Origin: a virus | Virus record (IMG/VR): IMGVR_UViG_3300038393_001401 | Length of the DNA stretch: 64,000 nt | Strand: one strand, 5' to 3' | Shown here: positions 39,908 to 49,677 of the stretch, in pieces | How positions within the stretch are numbered: the stretch's first letter is position 1 | Layout: each line of letters opens with the position of its first letter | Program-made: the position numbers and the translations under genes | The notes under the pieces: model-generated | What the model saw: only the letters and a program-made list of their open reading frames with translations | Told to the model about the DNA's origin: nothing | Databases searched by the model: none

Positions 39908-40261
39908 ATGTTCGGACGAGGTTTCGATTACCTCCGGGTCCACAAATTATTATCAAATATGAATGAGTTAACCAAACAAGACTTCCTTGATCTTGACTGT
40001 AAATTAATAACAGAGTCAGATGACGGTAATGAGTTTACATTCAACACTCCATCTCTTATGGAAAGATGGGTGTATTGTATTGTGTGGAATAAATTAACTG
40101 GGTACGTGACTGTAACCGAGCACCCAATTAGCCTTGGAAAGTTCCTTAAAGTGGTATCAAATATAAATGAGCTTTCTGAAATCTTATGGCAAGTGTGCCG
40201 TGAAGAAGTGTCATGTAAATCTGAATTAGAGCAAATCTTATCCCACCATGCTATTATATAG
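39908..40261 (+). CDS. hypothetical protein
   Basis: 117-aa ORF after a 330-nt structured noncoding gap. Confidence 0.35.
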   Translation: MFGRGFDYLRVHKLLSNMNELTKQDFLDLDCKLITESDDGNEFTFNTPSLMERWVYCIVWNKLTGYVTVTEHPISLGKFLKVVSNINELSEILWQVCREEVSCKSELEQILSHHAII

Positions 40262-40303
40262 CAAATATTAATCTCATAAACAATTAATTAAATAGATAGA
40301 AAA

Positions 40304-40540
40304 ATGGTATTCAACAAAAAGCAAGATCATGTCGCCCAGTTAGGTGAATGGTCAGACAACGTACTTGACGTGTTCAATAACACGGTAAATAATTTACATG
40401 CAATCAACGATAAGATCGATGATCATCACGCTGACCTGCATAATCAGAAGGCAAAAATCGAACAGGATATGCAAAACCTACAGAACATGAAGGCGAGACA
40501 CGCCAGGGTGATTGAGAAGGTTCAAGCTATCCTAGACTAA
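40304..40540 (+). CDS. small coiled-coil protein
   Basis: 78-aa ORF with AATAGATAGAAAAATG leader. Confidence 0.35.
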   Translation: MVFNKKQDHVAQLGEWSDNVLDVFNNTVNNLHAINDKIDDHHADLHNQKAKIEQDMQNLQNMKARHARVIEKVQAILD

Positions 40541-40888
40541 AGATAAAAGGCGCATTTTATTTACACTAAAACCAAATTTTAAATAAATAAAACATCCATT
40601 AGAGCAAATCAGGTTGAACGCGCCGCCTGACATTAAAGACAAAGGGGCTTTTATTTAAAACAATAAAATACATCAACTTTTCCGAAGAAAGAAAATGTAG
40701 CCGGTTAGTGCCCCGCCGGTATTTAAGATCGTCCTGTATGACCAGGGGAGTTGTGATGCCGTTATTAAGTTAACAGGGCACGAATCAAAGTCGCGAGAGG
40801 GGAACTCGTTAACGTCTACCGCGTAAGCCACACGAAATGAAAACGTGGCAATTCACCTGCATCAGCTTACGGAGGAGGTGCAGGTTTT

Positions 40889-41110
40889 GGTGGGATGGCG
40901 GAATTGGTAGACGCTAATCAGTGGAACGAGAGCTTCGGGCTGGTAAAGTCGAGTAGCTTAAACGGCTTACTTGGTGACTGCACCGTAGGAGATACGCAAG
41001 TGTCTTGACCTAAAACGAGGCGTAGTATAAAGTAGAATGGAGTAATTAACCGGACGAAATTGACCAACGCCTATCGTCCACATTTGCAGGTTCAAGTCCT
41101 GCTCCCACCT
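40889..41110 (+). ncRNA. type-II (Leu-like) tRNA with an insertion of about 135 nt
   Basis: 5' end GGTGGGA-TG-GCGGAATTGGTAGACGC is a canonical Leu-type acceptor and D-arm. 3' end GCAGG-TTCAAGT-CCTGC-TCCCACC pairs perfectly with the 5' acceptor. The interior is too long for a normal tRNA. Confidence 0.4.
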
Positions 41111-41273
41111 CGTTTGGCGCATACGTTCTTTATACACACAGATAATTACATAAACACACATAAAAAACATTCATTAACATTTTAAAAAAATACAAGTGAA
41201 CAGTGTAGTAAAAATCTTTAGGGTCGGTGAGCGCCGCCGTTATTAAAATCACAACTAAATTAATAGATAGAAT

Positions 41274-42035
41274 ATGAAAGGACTAAAAACAGTTAGGGGT
41301 TTTATTGGACCCGGAGTAAATGGACATGCAGTTATGTCTCAACAAAATCAAGTTCAATCAACTACTGATTACGACAAGTTTACTAAAATCAACGGCAATC
41401 GCGATATCGACTGGAAGCACGTTGCTAAACTGGTCGAAAGTATGAACAAAAACTATATTCCGGTTCCCGGCTTAGTTAATAAACGTGGCGACCTAGTTGA
41501 TGGACAACACAGAAATGAGGCCTGCAGAATACTTGATTTACCGTTTTATTACACGGTGGTTGATGGTGGCGTATCAGACGTTCAGAGCTTAAACCACAAT
41601 GTTAAAAAATGGAGTAACGCAGATTTCCTAAAAAGCTTTTGCGACATGGGTATACAGGATTATATTATCTACCGCGACTTCCGAGAGAAGTATAAATTCG
41701 ATCATCAGGTCACCGTCACACTATTGCTTGGTGGTGGGCGCAGTAGTGAGCATGCGGGTATTTTCAATACCGGCGCGTTTAAAATTAAAAATCTTGCGAA
41801 TGCTATTAAAATAGCTGATTTTATTTTAAAAGTAAAAGAGTATTATCCTGGTTATAATCGAAGGTCGTTTGTATCTGCTATGGTAAGTGTTATTAACAAG
41901 ACTGATTTTGACATGGATGTTTTCCTGCATAAGTTAAAAATACAACAGACACGCATGGTTGATTGCGCGAAGATAGATGAGTATGTTACACTCATTAAAA
42001 AAATATACAACTACGCCAACAAGAAAAAGATTTAA
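41274..42035 (+). CDS. DGQHR-domain protein (ParB/Srx-superfamily, DndB-like)
   Basis: Literal DGQHR in LVDGQHRNEACRIL preceded by GNRDIDWKHV. 253 aa. Confidence 0.5.
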   Translation: MKGLKTVRGFIGPGVNGHAVMSQQNQVQSTTDYDKFTKINGNRDIDWKHVAKLVESMNKNYIPVPGLVNKRGDLVDGQHRNEACRILDLPFYYTVVDGGVSDVQSLNHNVKKWSNADFLKSFCDMGIQDYIIYRDFREKYKFDHQVTVTLLLGGGRSSEHAGIFNTGAFKIKNLANAIKIADFILKVKEYYPGYNRRSFVSAMVSVINKTDFDMDVFLHKLKIQQTRMVDCAKIDEYVTLIKKIYNYANKKKI

Positions 42036-42057
42036 TGCAAAATAGTACATTAGTACT

Positions 42058-42375
42058 ATGAAAACATTATTACTTATTACCCTTATCGTATCAGTCGCGT
42101 TACTCAGTTGCGACACACAGAAAAAGTTAATATCATCCATGGTTGGTAAAACCAAAAAGGAGGTTTACGCTGAGTGGGGTCCAGCAGATCAATCCGATAC
42201 AGATGGTGGCGACGGTGAAATCCTTACTTACAAAAAGAAGGGTTATCTTCCAGGCACTGGTAGTTTTTGGATGTGTAGATTATTGTATCTTAACAAAGAT
42301 GGTGTGGTGGTTCATTGGAAAACATACAACGAACAGATACCACCAGACAGGGTTGAAGTAAAGCACCTTAATTAA
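42058..42375 (+). CDS. small lipoprotein
   Basis: MKTLLLITLIVSVALLSCDTQ signal peptide with lipobox. Terminator-like hairpin follows at about 42397-42427. Confidence 0.45.
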   Translation: MKTLLLITLIVSVALLSCDTQKKLISSMVGKTKKEVYAEWGPADQSDTDGGDGEILTYKKKGYLPGTGSFWMCRLLYLNKDGVVVHWKTYNEQIPPDRVEVKHLN

Positions 42376-42557
42376 TTCAATTATATATAACAACACAAGC
42401 CTCGCCATACCGGTGGGGCTTTTTAATTATATAAAAAATGAAAAAATATTTCTTGTACACCAAATGTACTATTTGTGGTGGCATAGACTATAGCTATACC
42501 GGTACATGTTACCGATGTTTTTTAGCTCAGAATGGAATTAAATCAAACTAACAACGT

Positions 42558-42923
42558 ATGAGAGCTATAAAAATTGATGTGGTGAACAAAGATGTTTACT
42601 ACGTCCACATCAACCGTGATAAGCGTGGGTCTCGCCTGCCAGACATTTACAAACATCTTGACTGCAGTACGATTGACTCTGTTAATCTTGCACCTGGTCT
42701 TGACATGTACGTTGATGACGAGGGTTTACTTCGAGACGAACCAATAGGTGCGTTTAAGATTTCTGGCTCTGATTATGTATTCTCTGGTCACGGTTTAATG
42801 GTTGGTCACATTGACGGAGAAACAGTAGAACCCCCTATCCTACTCCATAACGCAAAAAAAGCAATTATCTTTTGCGACATCTCAGACCTTCCAGAACCAT
42901 CTATAACAGTTATTTCAGAATAA
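42558..42923 (+). CDS. hypothetical protein
   Basis: 121-aa ORF. Confidence 0.35.
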   Translation: MRAIKIDVVNKDVYYVHINRDKRGSRLPDIYKHLDCSTIDSVNLAPGLDMYVDDEGLLRDEPIGAFKISGSDYVFSGHGLMVGHIDGETVEPPILLHNAKKAIIFCDISDLPEPSITVISE

Positions 42924-42925
42924 TT

Positions 42926-44005
42926 ATGCCAAAATATTCTAAGGCGCACATTAACATTCTAAAGGAAACATGTAAGATTTTCTTAAAGCACGACAGGTTT
43001 ATCGAGCTTGCTGATAGGTTCTTTGTTAATAAAGACAATATCTATTTTCAAACCCCTTTCTTTCAAGTTGTATTGAAGTTTCCAGGGGTGTTGGATGGTG
43101 ATATTATTATCGATCAAAACAAAGTGTTCATGGCTGACGCAAAGAACCTAAATTACGTTGCTCAAAACTCATGTGGAAGTCTTGAAATTGATAGAGATCC
43201 ACTCACTTTATACATATATGCAGAAGTAGCTGCGTCAAGTCCTAGATACACGAGTCACCACAGACTAGATGTACTTAGAACCAGGTTACACGGGAATCGC
43301 CTATACAGTATAATGGAGTGTGACATTCCTCACATTAAAACAGCTATTGATTTTGTTGAAAAGCATGGTTATCACGATTGTGATTTTACTAATAATTACA
43401 GTAGGAATATTCTGTTAGATAGGTATGCATACGCAACGGACAACTATTTCGCGTTTAAAAGCAATGCGCTAAGAACTAATACCATTGGTCAGATTCAGAT
43501 ACCAAAGACAATTGCGCAGATCATCAAGCACTCAGACAAGGATATTATAGTTCGCACAACCGATAGTTACGTTGAGCTTGAGAACGAATACTTTGATATA
43601 TTCTATAATAAGCCAACGCAGGCTATGGATACCAGTGTGTTCGATGTGAATTATGAGGATCACATAACCGTAAATAAAAGAGACTTTCTCATGTCGCTAC
43701 GTGGAATCAAGAAATACTTCCAAACCGTAACGGCTAAAACACAAACCAATAGGGTGGATCTTAAGATGAGTGTGAATGGCCGCATTGAAATGATACCGGT
43801 CAGAGACGAGAATTATACGTCAGCCATAAGTGGTTACACGAGATCATTCAATGGTGATTTACAAATTAAAACATTCGGGAACAGATTAATGAAGATACTA
43901 TCATCAATAAAAGATGACGAAATAAAAATTAAAATCCCAAGAGGAAGTGGCGGGCTGCTGATTAACAACAACTACCTGCTTATGTCCTGGACGGATTGGA
44001 TATAA
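42926..44005 (+). CDS. hypothetical protein (weak sliding-clamp-like C-terminal pattern)
   Basis: Start trimmed to MPKYSK. C-terminal ...IKIPRGSGGLLINNNYLLMS loosely recalls DnaN C-termini. Confidence 0.3.
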   Translation: MPKYSKAHINILKETCKIFLKHDRFIELADRFFVNKDNIYFQTPFFQVVLKFPGVLDGDIIIDQNKVFMADAKNLNYVAQNSCGSLEIDRDPLTLYIYAEVAASSPRYTSHHRLDVLRTRLHGNRLYSIMECDIPHIKTAIDFVEKHGYHDCDFTNNYSRNILLDRYAYATDNYFAFKSNALRTNTIGQIQIPKTIAQIIKHSDKDIIVRTTDSYVELENEYFDIFYNKPTQAMDTSVFDVNYEDHITVNKRDFLMSLRGIKKYFQTVTAKTQTNRVDLKMSVNGRIEMIPVRDENYTSAISGYTRSFNGDLQIKTFGNRLMKILSSIKDDEIKIKIPRGSGGLLINNNYLLMSWTDWI

Positions 44006-44409
44006 CACAGGATATGAATACAGATAAAGATAGTGTAGATTTTGAGTTACTTATAAAGAAGATGTATGGGTCGGTCCGCGCCTTTACTGAGTTAAATAAG
44101 TTGGATTACTTTCGTACCATCAGGGCGATTAAGAACCCAGCAAATGTCGGATATAAAGAATACGCAAAAAATATCGGCGCAATTCTACTGCGCGATGCCC
44201 AGAAGATTCGCTTCATTGACGATGAGCGAAATGATTTTCGTGTAAAAATACTGATACAATACGGATCAATCAAGGGATTTTCAGAGGCGCTTAATGTGGA
44301 ATATCACAACTTATGGAGATATATTACAGGAAAGTGTTATGTAATGAACGATGATTTGAGAGCCGCATTTATTAAGGCGGGATTTATAGATGAAAGAGCA
44401 GCCGCATAA
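43996..44409 (+). CDS. hypothetical protein
   Basis: 137-aa ORF overlapping the previous stop. Confidence 0.35.
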   Translation: MDITQDMNTDKDSVDFELLIKKMYGSVRAFTELNKLDYFRTIRAIKNPANVGYKEYAKNIGAILLRDAQKIRFIDDERNDFRVKILIQYGSIKGFSEALNVEYHNLWRYITGKCYVMNDDLRAAFIKAGFIDERAAA

Positions 44410-44602
44410 CATAACAATCGGCGCCAGGTTTCATCATATAGATTGCGAATATAACATGGAAGTAGTTGACATTAAAAGGGATAAGAGTGGGAATATGAGT
44501 GTTGAAGTAAAGTACCTCGACAGAGACAGACCAAACTTTAACGCTCCATTGCAATACATTCAATCTATGTTCAGCTATAAAAGATTCATTTTAAATGATT
44601 AG
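44390..44602 (+). CDS. hypothetical protein
   Basis: 70-aa ORF. Confidence 0.3.
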   Translation: MKEQPHNITIGARFHHIDCEYNMEVVDIKRDKSGNMSVEVKYLDRDRPNFNAPLQYIQSMFSYKRFILND

Positions 44603-44727
44603 ATACTGATTCAGCAGGGCGTTAACAGGATAAGGTAGAAATTGTGAAGATACGTCACGTTGGGAAACCAACCCTGTTTGAATCCAGAGGTAAGTACGGG
44701 GGTTGAAATATACCCCCATATTTACGA

Positions 44728-45330
44728 TTATAATATTTGAGCCAGGTATGATTTCAATACCTTCAACTCCTCCTCCATATTTTTAACAATCATCGTAACC
44801 TGATTTACAAGGTCATCGCCGTCCTTAATTTTCTTAGACTTAGCTGTTCTGATTATTGGGAAGTGATCGTTGTATATATAATCACGGTTGGCCCCCTTTT
44901 CTTCAAGTAGTGGCACCCATTCTAACTGAACGTAATTTTTACCTGCCAGTGCAAGTGAAAGTGTACTCCTTGGTATGTTTGCAAATTCAGCAAATGCTGC
45001 ATCGTTTTCAATTATACCCAAGGTCTTTAATCGTTCATACGCCTCCCTAAATCTTTTACTAATACCTTCTTTTTCTGAGTCACTTATACTGGTTACCTCA
45101 ACAGGTACGCCGCCATCATTTGATGTGCCTTCCAGCCAAGCGGGAGTAACCTGCAGAACCTGGCAAAGCTTCTCAATTGTTTCCGGGGGAGTCCTGTGTC
45201 GATTGGACTCTATAAATGATAAATTTGATTGACTGATACCAACTTGGTTAGCGAAGTCAATTTGGTTTAATCCGTGGTATTTCCTAGCGGCTTTAACCCT
45301 TTGTCCATTGAGTAAAACGGTATCTTGCAT
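44728..45330 (-). CDS. XRE-family HTH transcriptional repressor (CI-like)
   Basis: LNQIDFANQVGISQSNLSFIESNRHRTP is a classic HTH_3. Only minus-strand gene in the region, divergent from an Xis-like gene. Confidence 0.75.
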   Translation of the reverse strand: MQDTVLLNGQRVKAARKYHGLNQIDFANQVGISQSNLSFIESNRHRTPPETIEKLCQVLQVTPAWLEGTSNDGGVPVEVTSISDSEKEGISKRFREAYERLKTLGIIENDAAFAEFANIPRSTLSLALAGKNYVQLEWVPLLEEKGANRDYIYNDHFPIIRTAKSKKIKDGDDLVNQVTMIVKNMEEELKVLKSYLAQIL

Positions 45331-45506
45331 GTAGTTAATTTTATGTTTGTTTTCAGATAGATTTCTGAGTGCAAATATCTGTAATATATTACATAAACTG
45401 CAAATTTATTTACAAATAATATTAATAAATTATTTACAAATAATTACAAAACTATTTTGAATTGTATTTTGGGTTAGTTAAATTTGTGAACTTTAATTTA
45501 ATTTAA
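45331..45506. promoter_or_regulatory. divergent switch region with palindromic TGTAATATATTACA and TTTACAAATAAT repeats
   Basis: Perfect 14-bp palindrome at 45380-45393. Direct repeats TTTACAAATAAT at 45410 and 45435. AT-rich. Confidence 0.5.
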
Positions 45507-45749
45507 ATGAAACAAATACTACTTAAACTTGTTCAAGAGGTCGAAAAATTAAACAATAATATAAGACCTCCAATTCTAAGCCAACGTCAACACTACTCTA
45601 TTGAAACTGTAGCTGAGATGTTTGAGTGCCATGTCAACACGGTTCGTTCGTGGATTAAGGATGGAAATTTACAGACGTTTCAATACAAGGGGACGATTAG
45701 GATAAGAGAAAACCAATTAGAACGATTTATCACAAAGCATACAGGCTAA
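45507..45749 (+). CDS. excisionase/AlpA-like HTH DNA-binding protein (Cro/Xis-like)
   Basis: YSIETVAEMFECHVNTVRSWIKDGNL...IRIRENQLERFI matches the MerR/Xis-type HTH_17 pattern. Divergent from the repressor. Confidence 0.5.
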   Translation: MKQILLKLVQEVEKLNNNIRPPILSQRQHYSIETVAEMFECHVNTVRSWIKDGNLQTFQYKGTIRIRENQLERFITKHTG

Positions 45750-45770
45750 TAATTTATAGATATTACTACA

Positions 45771-45998
45771 ATGATGGGAACCATAGATCTTGCGAAGTCA
45801 AGATTAGAAGCGCAGGAATTACGGCAAAGACAATACAGAACTGTTATAGATTTTAATATACGGGCTTTAATAAGTTCGTTCTACGATGTATCGTTGGACG
45901 ATATAGGTCAGCAGGCCGCAATTGAGGTCGCTCAGGAATATGGGCATCACGACCTATCCGATTCTCTCATAGAGAAACTTTCAATTAATAATATATAA
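45771..45998 (+). CDS. hypothetical small protein
   Basis: 75-aa ORF. Confidence 0.3.
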   Translation: MMGTIDLAKSRLEAQELRQRQYRTVIDFNIRALISSFYDVSLDDIGQQAAIEVAQEYGHHDLSDSLIEKLSINNI

Positions 45999-46823
45999 AT
46001 GTTTAAAAAAGCAACGCGAAAACAAGCGAAGCTCAGGTTGGCAATACAGGGTCCTTCGGGCGCTGGTAAAACAACCTGGGCTTTAACTATCGCCAAGGGT
46101 CTTGGAGACAAGATAGCAGTTGGCGATACGGAAAGAGGCTCGGCTTCATTGTACTCCGACAAGTTTGACTTCGACACTGTGGATATTAACAATCCATATG
46201 AGCCGGAGAAATTCATTCAGTGTATCAGGGCTGCAGAGGATGGCGGGTATGATGTGCTTATTATAGACTCATACACACACGAGTGGCTATGGTGCCTAGA
46301 GTATGCCAATAAGCTTTCACAGGGTGGTGGAAATTCGTTTACATCATGGGCAAAGGTTACACCTAGACATGACGCGCTAATCAATGCTATCCTTAACTCA
46401 AACATTCACATCATTTGCTGCATGCGTAGTAAACAAGAGTATGTGCTTGAGGAAGGAAAGAATGGCAAGCAAGTGCCTAAAAAGGTTGGTATGGCTGCAG
46501 TACAGCGCGAGGGTTTAGACTACGAGTTTACAATCGTGTTTGAACTTAGTATGAACCATCTTGCAGAATGCACTAAGGATCGTACCGGTCTATTCATGGG
46601 TAAGGACATTGAGTTAACACCCAATGTTGCAACCCAACTAATTGATTGGTTAAATTCTGGTGAGGCTGCATCAACTACAGTAAAGGCACTGAACCCATTT
46701 GAAAACGCAAACTCAATTGAGGAAGTTACGGCAATTTGGAATGCCAATAAGTCGAAGCATTCTGATACCGAGTTTAAGAAACTGGCAAAAGAGGCCAAAG
46801 CCAGGTTTACACAAGCGGCCTAA
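45999..46823 (+). CDS. Sak4-like RecA-fold ATPase (AAA_24) recombination protein
   Basis: Walker A GPSGAGKTT at residues 18-26 and Walker-B-like VLIIDS. Size and context with SSB and exonuclease fit. Confidence 0.5.
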   Translation: MFKKATRKQAKLRLAIQGPSGAGKTTWALTIAKGLGDKIAVGDTERGSASLYSDKFDFDTVDINNPYEPEKFIQCIRAAEDGGYDVLIIDSYTHEWLWCLEYANKLSQGGGNSFTSWAKVTPRHDALINAILNSNIHIICCMRSKQEYVLEEGKNGKQVPKKVGMAAVQREGLDYEFTIVFELSMNHLAECTKDRTGLFMGKDIELTPNVATQLIDWLNSGEAASTTVKALNPFENANSIEEVTAIWNANKSKHSDTEFKKLAKEAKARFTQAA

Positions 46824-46880
46824 TCTACTATTTACTAAGCCACTCCTTCTTGGTTATTAACTTAATAACCCAAATACAGA

Positions 46881-48047
46881 GTGAGTATTAGTGATTACAA
46901 ACAAATCATCCTTGACTACATCGAGGATAATGAGGGTATTTCGGATAGGGAGATCGCACGTGATCTTACGGGAAATCCGGTACCTTATTCAGAGCGTCAC
47001 ATCAGACGCTACGTTGCAGAGTTAAGACGCGAAACCGACAAGCCAAATGAGTTTGAGGTAGACATTAAATCCAGGAAGGATAACGCAAGACTTAAAGAGC
47101 TTGAGCGAAAATACAATGGGCTACTCACCTCATTCATGGATTTAAGTGACGCCTATGACAATGCACTTTTAATCAAAGAACATCGTGATTACAACTCGTT
47201 AATCATCGATGACGAGGAGGTTTCTATGACATCCGGCATACCAATCATACAACTAAGTGACTGGCATGTTGAGGAAAGAGTAGAGCGGTCAACAACACTA
47301 GGACTGAATGTTTGTAACCCTGATATTATAAAGAAAAGGGTCGAGAAATTATTCGCCAATACAGTAAAGTTGATTAATACAGAGCGTACGCGACATACAG
47401 TTGATACGTTGATCGTAAACCTGGGTGGGGATTTCATTAATAACTACTTACACGAACACGATGTTCAAATGAACTACATGGCACCGATCGAGGCCTTGAT
47501 GTTCGCAGAGTCATTACTGCTTCAATATCTTTCAGGTCTTGCTGACATAGACGGTATTAAGCGCATTAAGGTTATTTGCAACAGGGGTAACCATCCGCGC
47601 CTTACCAAAAAAATGCAAACCTCGAACGATTATAAGATGAATTTAGAAGCAATTCTATATCATGCACTTTCGGGCAAGCTTAACGATTCTATTTTCGAAT
47701 GGGTAATACCTGAATCTGAGTTCGTTTACATTGATGTATTCGGAAAGAAGATCAGGGCTTTTCACGGTCACCAGGTAAAATACGGTGGTGGTATCGGTGG
47801 GCTAACAATCCCATTGATCAAGGCGATCATGCGTTGGGATAGCACAATTAAAACTGACTTTAATTTAATGAGTCATTTTCATACGTTCTCAATGCCTACG
47901 CCAAACACATCATTAAATGGTTCGCTGGTCGGTTATAACTCATACGCTATGACCCTGGGAGCCAAATACGAACCACCGCTGCAGTCATTTCAGATGATCG
48001 ACAAGAAGCGTGGCTTCACAACACGTACCCCAATTTTTTGTGAATAA
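46881..48047 (+). CDS. calcineurin-like metallophosphoesterase (Mre11/SbcD-like nuclease candidate)
   Basis: Ordered motifs DWH, GGDF, GNHPR, HGH and SHFH. Confidence 0.5.
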   Translation: MSISDYKQIILDYIEDNEGISDREIARDLTGNPVPYSERHIRRYVAELRRETDKPNEFEVDIKSRKDNARLKELERKYNGLLTSFMDLSDAYDNALLIKEHRDYNSLIIDDEEVSMTSGIPIIQLSDWHVEERVERSTTLGLNVCNPDIIKKRVEKLFANTVKLINTERTRHTVDTLIVNLGGDFINNYLHEHDVQMNYMAPIEALMFAESLLLQYLSGLADIDGIKRIKVICNRGNHPRLTKKMQTSNDYKMNLEAILYHALSGKLNDSIFEWVIPESEFVYIDVFGKKIRAFHGHQVKYGGGIGGLTIPLIKAIMRWDSTIKTDFNLMSHFHTFSMPTPNTSLNGSLVGYNSYAMTLGAKYEPPLQSFQMIDKKRGFTTRTPIFCE

Positions 48048-48065
48048 AATTAATAGATAGAAAGA

Positions 48066-49268
48066 ATGAAGTTTAAACAGTATGACAAAGTAAGGGTTCT
48101 AAATCCCTGCTGCAAAACACATGAGTATGGTGTGATCACAGACGCGCCTGCTATTAACACGCCGTTTGGATACGGCTACGAGGTTGATTTTATTGGAGAC
48201 GATAGGTTGTCTTTCATTGAGCATGAGCTTGAGATTGATCCACGTCCAATCGTAGTGGGATCTTTAGTGTGCTTCTTCAAGCCATTTGACTATGTTAGGC
48301 TTGACGATGGGGCTAAAATATATGGCGACGAGATTATAAACGATCTTGTTGACAAAGCGTTTCGTGTTATTCAAAAAGACAACGAAGGAAGGTGTGTAGT
48401 ATTATCACATGATTTTACAGAGATGTTAATTCTACCAGAAGATTCGTTGTTTGTTTTGCCGGTAGGTGTTGATGCATTTAATGGTTTGGATACCAGTCTT
48501 GATTATTACCTTCTATGTCCAGACTTTGACTTGAATACCAAGTTACAACTTGACTTCAATGCGACACTTGTTGCCATGGAGAGAGACACCGTAAGGTGCA
48601 AAATAGTCCATAGGTTGGATTCAGTAACAGACTACCCAGCATATATGGTTGAGTTTGAAAACGGTGTACTGGCTAGCGTTTATGATGGTTGGTTGGTATC
48701 TGTAAAAGAAATTGATGAGGTTGATTTAAAAATCACGTCAATTATGAACGACGGTATAGCAAAACAACTACAAGTAGAGGCGAAAAAGCCTATACCTGTG
48801 AAAGAGGAAGCTGCGGTCGTACCTATGTACCCAGTTAAACCAGAAACCAAACTGATCAACGACAATGGTGTAAACTACCTTGACTTAGGGAACGGTGTAC
48901 GTATGTTTGAGTCTGGTGCAGTTCGCTCCATTAATACCGGTAAGCCAAGGTTCGATTTAATCTCACCGGAAGTTTTGGCATGGATGGCTCAGGAGCTAGC
49001 TGATAGAGGTGGTGACTATGGGACGGGTAACTACCTTAAGGGTATTCCAGAGCAAGTTTGTATTGAATCACTTGAGCGGCACTTGAACTCTGTGAAGATA
49101 GGCTTAAAATACGGCTTAAAACCAATGGTAAAAGAAGCTGTAAATGTCCTTATCAACGCAATGTTTATGTGTCACACCATACTCCTAAAAGAGAGTGGGA
49201 ATTATAAGGTGTCAGACAAATTTAAACAACTTGCTTATGGACAAACAGGAGAAAGCCCGGCTGCTTAA
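48066..49268 (+). CDS. hypothetical protein
   Basis: 400-aa ORF with AAATTAATAGATAGAAAGAATG leader. Confidence 0.4.
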   Translation: MKFKQYDKVRVLNPCCKTHEYGVITDAPAINTPFGYGYEVDFIGDDRLSFIEHELEIDPRPIVVGSLVCFFKPFDYVRLDDGAKIYGDEIINDLVDKAFRVIQKDNEGRCVVLSHDFTEMLILPEDSLFVLPVGVDAFNGLDTSLDYYLLCPDFDLNTKLQLDFNATLVAMERDTVRCKIVHRLDSVTDYPAYMVEFENGVLASVYDGWLVSVKEIDEVDLKITSIMNDGIAKQLQVEAKKPIPVKEEAAVVPMYPVKPETKLINDNGVNYLDLGNGVRMFESGAVRSINTGKPRFDLISPEVLAWMAQELADRGGDYGTGNYLKGIPEQVCIESLERHLNSVKIGLKYGLKPMVKEAVNVLINAMFMCHTILLKESGNYKVSDKFKQLAYGQTGESPAA

Positions 49269-49677
49269 ATCACTGCAGCAAAAATTCGGAATTGACGAGG
49301 TTATATGTTTAAATAACGGAGATAAGCTTCCAATGGAAGATTTCATCGCTTGGGTGTACGAACGCAAGGACTTAGATGAAATGGTTATCCAGGATCGTAA
49401 GAAAGCTTTTGGTTTAACACTAAAACCCTTCTTTGACGACAGAATATACCCGCGTCAATTTTTAGCAGAGTTTTTTGAATACTGGACCGAACAATCAAAG
49501 GATGGCAAGCGCCTGCGTTTCGAGTTAGAAAAAACGTGGAGCTTGGCTGCAAGGTTGAGACGGTTCGCCAAAAACTCGAAGTATAAAATCAAGATACCAC
49601 CGTCCGAAATGGACTTCCTGGATGGTAAGATTGAGAGAAATAATAAGCCATTTAATTCAGAGGAGATGTTTCACTGA
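49195..49677 (+). CDS. hypothetical protein
   Basis: 160-aa ORF overlapping the previous gene by 73 nt. The start is uncertain. Confidence 0.3.
   Translation: MGIIRCQTNLNNLLMDKQEKARLLKSLQQKFGIDEVICLNNGDKLPMEDFIAWVYERKDLDEMVIQDRKKAFGLTLKPFFDDRIYPRQFLAEFFEYWTEQSKDGKRLRFELEKTWSLAARLRRFAKNSKYKIKIPPSEMDFLDGKIERNNKPFNSEEMFH

Noticed and set aside
40889-41110. tmRNA
   Set aside because: The 5' end has a canonical tRNA D-stem-loop (GCGGAATTGGTAGACGC) rather than the tmRNA D-loop analog, and no tag-peptide reading frame is evident.
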